From Octopus vulgaris (taxonomy: Eukaryota): a stretch of 64,000 bases of DNA. How positions within the stretch are numbered: the first letter of the stretch is position 1; every line of letters starts with the position of its first letter. The translations under genes and the position numbers were made by a program. Below the pieces are notes generated by a model, which ran no database searches, was not told where the DNA came from, and worked only from the letters and a program-made list of their open reading frames with translations. The stretch lies in NCBI GenBank assembly GCA_951406725.2, contig OX597836.1, positions 13,082,001 to 13,146,000 of the forward strand, read 5' to 3'. This document shows, piece by piece, positions 1 to 11,973 of the stretch.

Positions 1-222
1 GGTTGTCAAGCGATGTAGGGGGGACAAACACAGACACACAAACATATACACACACAAACATATACACACACATGCATAGTGGATCTTTTCTTTTTGAAGG
101 CCAGATTTTCCTAGTTAACTAAAAAATTTGAAACTTCGTATACTGGTAGAATGTGTCAAAAGAAAACATTATCTATCTATCTATCTATCCATCCATCATC
201 TATCTCTCTATCTATCTATCTC

Positions 223-288
<66 letters not shown>

Positions 289-571
289 AACCTATCTGCC
301 TATCTACCTACCTATATTTCTCTCTATCCGTCTCCATTGTCTTGGAATCTCACCCCGCCCCCAAAACAATGTTCTCTTCTGGACAAAACCCCGCAAAATA
401 ATCTGATTTATATAAATAAACAAGCTGTTTGTACATTCACAGAATTGTATTTGACAAATACTAGAGAGGAACGAAAGCGCTAATAATAATGAAGAAATAA
501 AAAGATTTTTTCCCCTCAATATTCAATTCCGTACATATCACACCTAACACTATATATATATATATATATAT

Positions 572-768
572 AAGATAAGAAAATGGAGAAATACATCAAA
601 ATCAAATATCAATTACCAGATAATACTCAATCACATACTTTATTAAACCACCACATAAGAGACTGTAGGGTTAAATATAAAAAGCAGAACAAATCAAAAG
701 TATGTCATTGAGAATTATCTGGTAATTGATATTTGATTTAGATGTATTTCTCCATTTTCTTATCTTGT
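572..768. repeat. TA-flanked inverted repeat, ~70-bp arms (copy at ~20610-20806)
   Basis: aagataagaaaatggagaaatacatc... versus ...gatgtatttctccattttcttatctt. Confidence 0.85.
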
Positions 769-1002
769 ATTAGTAATTTGTGGTAAATCATTTTACCTTT
801 GCCCATATAATACAGTAAATGAATTAATTGCATCGCAATCATTAACATTTATGTATTAACTTTGTTGGGTACTTCACTAGCAGTATATTGGATATACGTT
901 ATCCCATAGACAACCCCTATCTCAGATCGCCATGTTGATTCGTTAGCTACTGCACGCATTTTTTTTCTCTCCTTCTTTCTGTGTTTTTTTTCTCTCTGTG
1001 TA

Positions 1003-1040
1003 TCTTTCTGTTGAAGAGCGTAGGCTCGAAACGTTAAAGA
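1003..1040 (+). ncRNA. Minimal hammerhead-like motif with core variant CTGTTGA (duplicate near 21038-21075; more decayed relative at 1468-1500)
   Basis: TCTTT-CTGTTGA-A-GAGC(GTAG)GCTC-GAAA-CG-TT-AAAGA: stems I and II pair, ACGT palindromic stem III, A6 replaced by T. Confidence 0.55.
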
Positions 1041-1137
1041 CTTGTTTTATCTATATTTCCTGAGCGCCATACTAATACAATTGTTCGTTTGTTTTCCACC
1101 TGCCTTCGTCTTTTGTCTATTTTCATAAAGCTTCCCG

Positions 1138-1191
<54 letters not shown>

Positions 1192-1667
1192 CTTCTATTA
1201 TTCAATTTCTTTAGTTCATTGTGAAAAGATACTTTTGCTATGCTTGTCAAGTAATGACCTCTGTCACTCAGTCTGATAATCTTCCCAGCGGTATTTTCAG
1301 AGGCTTGGCCTCCGAATCTTGTGAGCTTCACAAATACTGTTGCCAGGAGCGGGTTAAGACTCGCAGACGAACTCAGCACTAAAAAGATTTCCGTGCCCAC
1401 CACATACGAGGTAGTCGTTAGCAATTTTTTTCCCTCTGTCTTCCCTTCTCTGGATCTTTCCTTCTATGTTTCCGACGAAGAGCTCCGCTCGAAACGTTTA
1501 AGCCCCCCTTCTTTCCTGAGCGTCCAATAATACTATATTTGTTCCACGTCCTCGCGTTGTTGTGTTTTTTGGTGCTTTCTTGTTTGGATTAACTTTATAT
1601 ATATATATATTATATATATATATATAAAGTTAATCCAAACAAGAAAGCACCAAAAAACACAACAACG

Positions 1668-1739
<72 letters not shown>

Positions 1740-1811
1740 ATATCTATATATATATATCTATATATATATATATATATATTAGAAGGTTTGGAGATGATGT
1801 ACAGGTATTTT

Positions 1812-2086
1812 ATATTAGAAGAAATGAGGTACTCAGAAATCCGGATGGTTTTATATTTACAGATATTTATTTGTATATTACATGTTTTTATACATCATAT
1901 AACTTAGATCATGTATTAGCGCTTTCTCCCATTCTAGTGGGCTTTGATTTGAAAACCCCACTAGAATGGGAGAAAGCGCTAATACATGATCTAAGTTATA
2001 TGATGTATAAAAACATGTAATATACAAATAAATATCTGTAAATATAAAACCATCCGGATTTCTGAGTACCTCATTTCTTCTAATAT
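1812..2086. repeat. Near-perfect palindrome, ~130-bp arms
   Basis: attagaagaaatgaggtactcag...ttctagtggg, short spacer, then the exact reverse complement. Confidence 0.92.
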
Positions 2087-2104
2087 ATATATATAAAGAT
2101 ATAA

Positions 2105-2452
2105 ATGAATAGAAATAGTTAGTGAGAGTGGTATGATATTTAAGAATGTGGATGTATATGAACTAGGGCTCTTCCTGGCCCTGACGTGTACCAATGAATA
2201 CCTATCGCGCAATAACCTTCTATATGCTTGTCCCACCCGTAACAAACGAGGTAGACCACCTACCATTACCTCAGCATACAGGAAGACTCACTGTGAACGC
2301 TGGCAGGGATGGACGAAGCCGGACTACCCACCTTCAAGTGCACACGACATTAGAACCACCATCGCACATGCTATCGGTGTCAGCCTGAGAATGACGCTTA
2401 AAACACATATGTTAAAGTTTGGCAACAAACTGTATAAGCAGACGAAAGGCTG
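2105..2452 (+). mobile_element. Penelope-like reverse transcriptase fragment (copy at ~22056-22403)
   Basis: Translation ends ...THMLKFGNKLYKQTKG, resembling the PLE RT F-x-x-x-x-Y-x-Q-x-x-G motif; flanked by TA/TG microsatellites. Confidence 0.6.
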
Positions 2453-3841
2453 TATACTGTATCGTATTATGTATGTATGTGTGTGTGGGTGTGCGTATGT
2501 ATGTTTATGCGTGTGTGTAATAGGACATATGTATGTAGAAGTGGATAAGAATACATATACTCTTTACTCTTTTACTTGTTTCAATCATTTGACTGCGGCC
2601 ATGCTGGAGCACCGCCTTTAGTCGAGCAAATCGACCCCGGGACTTATTCTTTTGTAAGCCCAGTACTTATTCTATCAGTCTCTAAGTGACGGGGACGTAA
2701 ACACACCAGCATGCTAGGGGGACAAACACAGATACACAAACACACACACACATACATATATACATATATACGACAGGCTTCTTTCAGTTTCCGTCTACCA
2801 AATCCACTCACAAGGCATTGGTCGGCCCGGGGCTATAGCATAAGACACTTGCCCATGTGGTTGTATAGCAAGCTACTTACCACACAGCCACTCCTGCGCC
2901 TATGAGCATTTTAAGATTATATGTATATTTATGGGTGTGTCTATGATTGTGTGTACTTGCATATACGTATATGGTTCTATGTGCACAGTTGCACCTAAAC
3001 GTTGTATCCATTCACAGTTCGACGATGAAGAGAGGAACAAACACACACCCACACATATATATATGTGTGCGTCTATACAAACATATATGTGTGTATACAT
3101 ACAACCTTCAACAAAGTAACAGTCATGTACACAACTTGGACGGACACATACCAGTACACGGACATACGTTCACATACACATGTACACACACACACAGACG
3201 CGTCTGCCCATTCTCCTAGATACTCACATACATACGTAGCACATGAGTACAAACATACATACATACCTACGTATGGGCATACACACGTACATACGCATGT
3301 ACATGTACGCACACACATACATGGGCACATGCATACGTGCGCGTACACATACATACACACATGCGCACGTACGTGCATGCATACATACATACATACATAC
3401 ATACATACATACGTATACATATTTAACCTGAACTAACTAGATGTAAGGGCGGAGAAAAAAATAGTTATAGTAAAACAAAAGTTTTGTGATATAGAGATAA
3501 ATGTCTGATAATAGGTTTTAGATTTTTTTTGGGGGGGGGGGGTGAAGGTCGTAATTCACTTCATAGTTTCGGCGGGGGAGGTTGAAATTTGATATTATTG
3601 TGATGAGTGGTCAGTCTACATCTATCCATCACTACAGGTTTATAGCTTTATGTTTATAGTGTGTATGTTAATTTACGCCGTTTCTTTACGTACCACCACG
3701 CTGTTAGGTTTATAAAACAATTGAAGTTCAGTTTAAAGTTTATAAATAAATATATTCTTGCAGTGTGTGTATATGTGGCTATATGTCTGACTAATGTGTG
3801 TGTGTCTGTATTTATTGTATGTGTGTATAAGATGTCTAAAC

Positions 3842-3880
<39 letters not shown>

Positions 3881-4179
3881 AAAAGCAATAAAGATTCAAG
3901 TTAATTTAAATGAATTTACTTGAATATGGTACCTAACTTAGATGCACCAAAAAAAACTATACTGATTTAACAATACAGTAATGTGGGGTGATTATAAGCG
4001 AGAATGAAGCAACAAGAATGGATAGGTTTTTAGTACGATCGTTTCATACAAGGACAGGTTTTATTAAAAGTTGCAAAAATTACAGCATATAAACGTTTAT
4101 ATGCCCGTAATTTTTGCTAAAACCTACATGTATGAAACGATCGTACTAAAAACCTATCCATTCTTGAGGCTTCATTCTC

Positions 4180-4217
<38 letters not shown>

Positions 4218-4228
4218 CAGGAAAACAA

Positions 4229-6818
4229 ACCGGTCATAAAAACAAACAAAAAATAGTGTAATAGGCGTAAAACAAATTCCTCTAAACGAATATGACTCAA
4301 AAAATCGCGCTCGCGAAAGGGGGATGGGGTAGAGGAATCGGAAAATTTACATCGGGAATGTTACGTGCCTGACCCGGGCACAAAAAACACTTAAATATCT
4401 ATAAACCGTTTATGATGAACACATGCACACACACACACACATTTTCGCCCCTTGTGGGTAATAATAAAACAACACACACACACATTTTATGAATGACTTG
4501 ACACCAAGGTTTGTTTTTTTACAATAAAGAAGACGCATGCGCAAACGAGTGTTATAGCTACTACTATTTACTACAAGTGAATTGCTACAGTGTTGAGTCG
4601 CGTGTTTTTGGGTCTCCTAAAACTGGTAAGTTTTGAGGTTTTTCATTTCTTTTTATTTTTTTTACATCCACAATGATACGAGTTTATAGCATCCACATTC
4701 TGATAAATTTCCTCAAAATGGCAAAAACTAAATAACTTACGACCGGACGAAATAATGTGCAGTACGTATATCGAAATTTCGCCAGAGACCGGGTCAAACG
4801 CTTTAGTGTGGTTAAGCTGAAGGAAAATATTTTACAGGCATTTAGCTGGTATTTCTAGCGAAGCTGAGCAGATTGGAATTGAAAAGAAAAAAGATGGAAA
4901 ACTGAAATCTAACGGGTGGGGGGTGACTTTTTCAGAACAAAAAAAAAAAAAAAGTGTGGTTAAGCTGAAGGAAAATATTTTACAGCTGGTATTTTTACAG
5001 CTGGTATTTCTAGCGATTGTGTAAGCTTGACGTGCAACACTTGGTCGAAGCACATGAGGCGAAATCGCGTGATTTGCAGTGGTCTTGTAACGAAAGATCG
5101 CCCCAGGCATTTAGCTGTTATTTCTAGCGATTGTGTAAGCTTGACGTGCAACACTTGGTCGAAGCACATTAGGCGAAATCGCGTGATTTGCAGTGGTCTT
5201 GTAACGAAAGATCGCCCCAGGCATTTAGCTGTTATTTCTAGCGATTGTGTAAGCTTGACGTGCAACACTTGGTCGAAGCACATTAGGCGAAATCGCGTGC
5301 TTTGTAGTGGTCTTGTAACGAAAGATCGCCCCCAGGCATTTAGCTGTTATTTCTAGCGATTGTGTAAGCTTGACGTGCAACACTTGGTCGAAAGCACATT
5401 AAACGAAATCGTGTATAATTTGTAGTGGTCTTGTAACAAAGATCGCCTTCGTTACAAGATCACTACAAATCACACGCGATTTCGTTCTGAAAAAGTCACC
5501 ACCCGTTAGATTTCAGTTTTCTTTTTCTTTTCAATTCTAATGTACTCAGCCTACGCAAACTCACCTACCTACCTACCTACCTATATTTCTCTCTATCCGA
5601 CTCCATTGTCTTGGAATCTCACCCCTCCCCCAAAACAATGTTTTCTTATGGAAAACTCCCCCACCCCAAATCAATGTTATCTTTCTGGAAAAAACCCCGC
5701 CAAATCATCTGAGTTGAAATGAAAGTTAGTATAAAGAAGACGCATGCGCAAACGAGTGAGTGGCGGGTTTTTGAACAAGTGTTGAGTCGCGTGTTTTTGG
5801 GTCTCCTAAAACTGGTAAGTTTTGAGGTTTTTTATTTATTTATATTTTTTTACATCCACAATGAAACGAGTTTATAGCATCCACATTCTGATAAATTTCC
5901 TGAAAATGGCAAAAACTAAATAAGTTACGAGATAATGTGCAGTACGTATATCGAAATTTCGCCAGAGACCGGGTCGATAAGCTGAAGGAAAATATTTTAC
6001 AGGCATTTAGCTGTTATTTCTAGCGATTGTGTAAGCTGAGCAGATTGGAATTGAAAAGAAAAAAGAAAGAAAACTGAAATCTAACGGGTGGGGGTGACTG
6101 TTTCAGAACAAAAGCAAAACAAAAAAAAGTGTGGTTAAGTTGAAGGAAAATATTTTACAGGCATTTAGCTGGTATTTCTAGCGATTGTGTAAGCTTGACG
6201 TGCAACACTTGGTCGAAGCACATTAGGCGAAATCGCGTGATTTGTAGTTATCTTGTAACGAAAGATCGCCCCCAGGCATTTAGCTGTTATTTCTAGCGAT
6301 TGTGTAAGCTTGACGTGCAACACTTGGTCGAAGCACATTAGGCGAAATCGCGTGCTTTGTAGTGGTCTTGTAACGAAAGATCGCCCCCAGGCATTTAGCT
6401 GTTATTTCTAGCGATTGTGTAAGCTTGACGTGCAACACTTGGTCGAAGCACATTAGGCGAAATCGCGTGATTTGTAGTTATCTTGTAACGAAAGATCGCC
6501 CCAGGCATTTAGCTGTTATTTCTAGCGATTGTGTAAGCTTGACGTGCAACACTTGGTCGAAGCACATTAGGCGAAATCGCGTGAGTTGTAGTTATCTTGT
6601 AACGAAAGATCGCCCCCGGTGGTCGACATGTAGATGCGAGAGACGGGGTCAGACCGGGTCAAAAATCAACCACGTGTTTATTTCGACGCCTTTTCTCTGA
6701 TTGGTTGCCCGGGTCAGACGCTTTCGGAATTCACGCATCTTTTTAGTCTAATTCGTTTAGAGGAAATTGTTTTACACGTATTACACTATTTTTTTTGTGT
6801 TTGTTTTTATGACCGGTT
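4229..6818. mobile_element. Long-TIR (MULE/foldback-like) non-autonomous element with internal 114-bp tandem repeats; related copies at ~11971-13680 and ~24638-27241
   Basis: accggtcataaaaacaaac...cctctaaacgaa at 4229 is inverted at 6752-6818; the internal unit caggcatttagctg...aaagatcgccc has a 114-115 bp period. Confidence 0.7.
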
Positions 6819-6923
6819 CCTATCTGCCCAGCTTACGCAATCGCTAGAAATAACAGCTGGAACTTGATTTTTACTAAACTTAACGACGCTTTCTTTCCCC
6901 ACTGAAAAAAGGTTTTCTTTCCC

Positions 6924-7273
6924 CGTGAAGTAACAATTTTTTCTGTCTGTCTTCTCTTTTCGGTTTGAACGGCAGTTTTTAACATAATTTCTAGGTAAGT
7001 AAACACTTCTAAACTTCGTATACTGGTAGAATGTGTTTATAAAACATCTTTTCTCTTGGCTTTATTGAGAAAATTCTATAGTTTACTCTTTTACTTGTTT
7101 CAGTCATTTTGACTGCGGCCATGCTGGAGCACCGCCTTTAGTCGAACAAATCGACCCCGGGACTTATTCTTTGTAAGCCCAGTACTTATTCTATCGGTCT
7201 CTTTTGCCGAACTGCTAAGAGACGGGGACGTAAACACACCAGCATCGGTTGTCAAGCAATGCTAGGGGGACAA

Positions 7274-7304
<31 letters not shown>

Positions 7305-7891
7305 CATATATACGACAGGCTTCTTTCAGTTTCCGTCTATCAAATCCACTCACAAGGCATTGGTCGGCCCGGGGCTATAGCAAAAGACACTTGCCCAAGA
7401 TGCCACGCAGTGGGACTGAACCCGTAACCATGTGGTTGGTTAGCAAGCTACTTACCACACAGCCACTCCTGCGCCTAGTTTGTAAGATATTTGTTGTTTT
7501 TTTCTTTCTTCAATTTCTGCAATTTCAACCAATCAATGACGTGAAGTAACAATTTTTTTCTGTCTGTCTTCTCTTTTCGGTTTGAACGGCAGTTTTTAAC
7601 ATAATTTCTAGGTAAGTAAACACTTCTAAACTTCGTATACTGGTAGAATGTGTTTATAAAACATCTTTTTCTCTTGGCTTTATTGAGAAAATTCTATAGT
7701 TTACTCTTTTACTTGTTTCAGTCATTTTGACTGCGGCCATGCTGGAGCACCGCCTTTAGTCGAACAAATCGACCCCGGGACTTATTCTTTGTAAGCCCAG
7801 TACTTATTCTATCGGTCTCTTTTGCCGAACTGCTAAGAGACGGGGACGTAAACACACCAGCATCGGTTGTCAAGCAATGCTAGGGGGACAA

Positions 7892-7922
<31 letters not shown>

Positions 7923-8508
7923 CATATATACGACAGGCTTCTTTCAGTTTCCGTCTATCAAATCCACTCACAAGGCATTGGTCGGCCCGGGGCTATAGCA
8001 AAAGACACTTGCCCAAGATGCCACGCAGTGGGACTGAACCCGTAACCATGTGGTTGGTTAGCAAGCTACTTACCACACAGCCACTCCTGCGCCTAGTTTG
8101 TAAGATATTTGTTGTTTTTTTCTTTCTTCAATTTCTGCAATTTCAACCAATCAATGACGTGAAGTAACAATTTTTTCTGTCTGTCTTCTCTTTTCGGTTT
8201 GAACGGCAGTTTTTAACATAATTTCTAGGTAAGTAAACACTTCTAAACTTCGTATACTGGTAGAATGTGTTTATAAAACATCTTTTTCTCTTGGCTTTAT
8301 TGAGAAAATTCTATAGTTTACTCTTTTACTTGTTTCAGTCATTTTGACTGCGGCCATGCTGGAGCACCGCCTTTAGTCGAACAAATCGACCCCGGGACTT
8401 ATTCTTTGTAAGCCCAGTACTTATTCTATCGGTCTCTTTTGCCGAACTGCTAAGAGACGGGGACGTAAACACACCAGCATCGGTTGTCAAGCAATGCTAG
8501 GGGGACAA

Positions 8509-8539
<31 letters not shown>

Positions 8540-9125
8540 CATATATACGACAGGCTTCTTTCAGTTTCCGTCTATCAAATCCACTCACAAGGCATTGGTC
8601 GGCCCGGGGCTATAGCAAAAGACACTTGCCCAAGATGCCACGCAGTGGGACTGAACCCGTAACCATGTGGTTGGTTAGCAAGCTACTTACCACACAGCCA
8701 CTCCTGCGCCTAGTTTGTAAGATATTTGTTGTTTTTTTCTTTCTTCAATTTCTGCAATTTCAACCAATCAATGACGTGAAGTAACAATTTTTTCTGTCTG
8801 TCTTCTCTTTTCGGTTTGAACGGCAGTTTTTAACATAATTTCTAGGTAAGTAAACACTTCTAAACTTCGTATACTGGTAGAATGTGTTTATAAAACATCT
8901 TTTTCTCTTGGCTTTATTGAGAAAATTCTATAGTTTACTCTTTTACTTGTTTCAGTCATTTTGACTGCGGCCATGCTGGAGCACCGCCTTTAGTCGAACA
9001 AATCGACCCCGGGACTTATTCTTTGTAAGCCCAGTACTTATTCTATCGGTCTCTTTTGCCGAACTGCTAAGAGACGGGGACGTAAACACACCAGCATCGG
9101 TTGTCAAGCAATGCTAGGGGGACAA

Positions 9126-9156
<31 letters not shown>

Positions 9157-10360
9157 CATATATACGACAGGCTTCTTTCAGTTTCCGTCTATCAAATCCA
9201 CTCACAAGGCATTGGTCGGCCCGGGGCTATAGCAAAAGACACTTGCCCAAGATGCCACGCAGTGGGACTGAACCCGTAACCATGTGGTTGGTTAGCAAGC
9301 TACTTACCACACAGCCACTCCTGCGCCTAGTTTGTAAGATATTTGTTGTTTTTTTCTTTCTTCAATTTCTGCAATTTCAACCAATCAATGACGTGAAGTA
9401 ACAATTTTTTCTGTCTGTCTTCTCTTTTCGGTTTGAACGGCAGTTTTTAACATAATTTCTAGGTAAGTAAACACTTCTAAACTTCGTATACTGGTAGAAT
9501 GTGTTTATAAAACATCTTTTTCTCTTGGCTTTATTGAGAAAATTCTATAGTTTACTCTTTTACTTGTTTCAGTCATTTTGACTGCGGCCATGCTGGAGCA
9601 CCGCCTTTAGTCGAACAAATCGACCCCGGGACTTATTCTTTGTAAGCCCAGTACTTATTCTATCGGTCTCTTTTGCCGAACTGCTAAGAGACGGGGACGT
9701 AAACACACCAGCATCGGTTGTCAAGCAATGCTAGGGGACAAACACACACACACACATATATATATATATACATATATACGACAGGCTTCTTTCAGTTTCC
9801 GTCTATCAAATCCACTCACAAGGCATTGGTCGGCCCGGGGCTATAGCAAAAGACACTTGCCCAAGATGCCACGCAGTGGGACTGAACCCGTAACCATGTG
9901 GTTGGTTAGCAAGCTACTTACCACACAGCCACTCCTGCGCCTAGTTTGTAAGATATTTGTTGTTTTTTTCTTTCTATCTTCAATTTCTGCAATTTCAACC
10001 AATCAATGACGTGAAGTAACAATTTTTTCTGTCTGTCTTCTCTTTTCGGTTTGAACGGCAGTTTTTAACATAATTTCTAGGTAAGTAAACACTTCTAAAC
10101 TTCGTATACTGGTAGAATGTGTTTATAAAACATCTTTTTCTCTTGGCTTTATTGAGAAAATTCTATAGTTTACTCTTTTACTTGTTTCAGTCATTTTGAC
10201 TGCGGCCATGCTGGAGCACCGCCTTTAGTCGAACAAATCGACCCCGGGACTTATTCTTTGTAAGCCCAGTACTTATTCTATCGGTCTCTTTTGCCGAACT
10301 GCTAAGAGACGGGGACGTAAACACACCAGCATCGGTTGTCAAGCAATGCTAGGGGGACAA

Positions 10361-10391
<31 letters not shown>

Positions 10392-10978
10392 CATATATAC
10401 GACAGGCTTCTTTCAGTTTCCGTCTATCAAATCCACTCACAAGGCATTGGTCGGCCCGGGGCTATAGCAAAAGACACTTGCCCAAGATGCCACGCAGTGG
10501 GACTGAACCCGTAACCATGTGGTTGGTTAGCAAGCTACTTACCACACAGCCACTCCTGCGCCTAGTTTGTAAGATATTTGTTGTTTTTTTCTTTCTTCAA
10601 TTTCTGCAATTTCAACCAATCAATGACGTGAAGTAACAATTTTTTCTGTCTGTCTTCTCTTTTCGGTTTGAACGGCAGTTTTTAACATAATTTCTAGGTA
10701 AGTAAACACTTCTAAACTTCGTATACTGGTAGAATGTGTTTATAAAACATCTTTTTCTCTTGGCTTTATTGAGAAAATTCTATAGTTTACTCTTTTACTT
10801 GTTTCAGTCATTTTGACTGCGGCCATGCGTTGAGCACCGCCTTTAGTCGAACAAATCGACCCCGGGACTTATTCTTTGTAAGCCCAGTACTTATTCTATC
10901 GGTCTCTTTTGCCGAACTGCTAAGAGACGGGGACGTAAACACACCAGCATCGGTTGTCAAGCAATGCTAGGGGGACAA

Positions 10979-11009
<31 letters not shown>

Positions 11010-11595
11010 CATATATACGACAGGCTTCTTTCAGTTTCCGTCTATCAAATCCACTCACAAGGCATTGGTCGGCCCGGGGCTATAGCAAAAGACACTTGCC
11101 CAAGATGCCACGCAGTGGGACTGAACCCGTAACCATGTGGTTGGTTAGCAAGCTACTTACCACACAGCCACTCCTGCGCCTAGTTTGTAAGATATTTGTT
11201 GTTTTTTTCTTTCTTCAATTTCTGCAATTTCAACCAATCAATGACGTGAAGTAACAATTTTTTCTGTCTGTCTTCTCTTTTCGGTTTGAACGGCAGTTTT
11301 TAACATAATTTCTAGGTAAGTAAACACTTCTAAACTTCGTATACTGGTAGAATGTGTTTATAAAACATCTTTTTCTCTTGGCTTTATTGAGAAAATTCTA
11401 TAGTTTACTCTTTTACTTGTTTCAGTCATTTTGACTGCGGCCATGCTGGAGCACCGCCTTTAGTCGAACAAATCGACCCCGGGACTTATTCTTTGTAAGC
11501 CCAGTACTTATTCTATCGGTCTCTTTTGCCGAACTGCTAAGAGACGGGGACGTAAACACACCAGCATCGGTTGTCAAGCAATGCTAGGGGGACAA

Positions 11596-11626
<31 letters not shown>

Positions 11627-11973
11627 CATATATACGACAGGCTTCTTTCAGTTTCCGTCTATCAAATCCACTCACAAGGCATTGGTCGGCCCGGGGCTAT
11701 AGCAAAAGACACTTGCCCAAGATGCCACGCAGTGGGACTGAACCCGTAACCATGTGGTTGGTTAGCAAGCTACTTACCACACAGCCACTCCTGCGCCTAG
11801 TTTGTAAGATATTTGTTGTTTTTTTCTTTCTTCAATTTCTGCAATTTCAACCAATCAATGACGTGAAGTAACAATTTTTTCTGTCTGTCTTCTCTTTTCG
11901 GTTTGAACGGCAGTTTTTAACATAATTTCTAGGTAAGTAAACACTTTTAAACTTCGTATACTGGTAGAATGTG
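6924..11973. repeat. Tandem array of 8 full + 1 partial 616-618 bp units, each a MITE fragment carrying a whole SINE
   Basis: Unit starts (cgtgaagtaac) at 6924, 7540, 8158, 8775, 9392, 10010, 10627, 11245, 11862. Confidence 0.97.

Noticed and set aside
4960-6700. 114-bp repeats as a CRISPR array or a repeat-protein gene
   Set aside because: No unique spacers, no cas genes, eukaryotic context, frame-breaking 115-bp units.
7259-11871. Eight repeated ~96-aa ORFs (MLGGQTHTH...) resembling a tandem gene family
   Set aside because: Antisense readings of the SINE; similar ORFs appear at most SINE copies.
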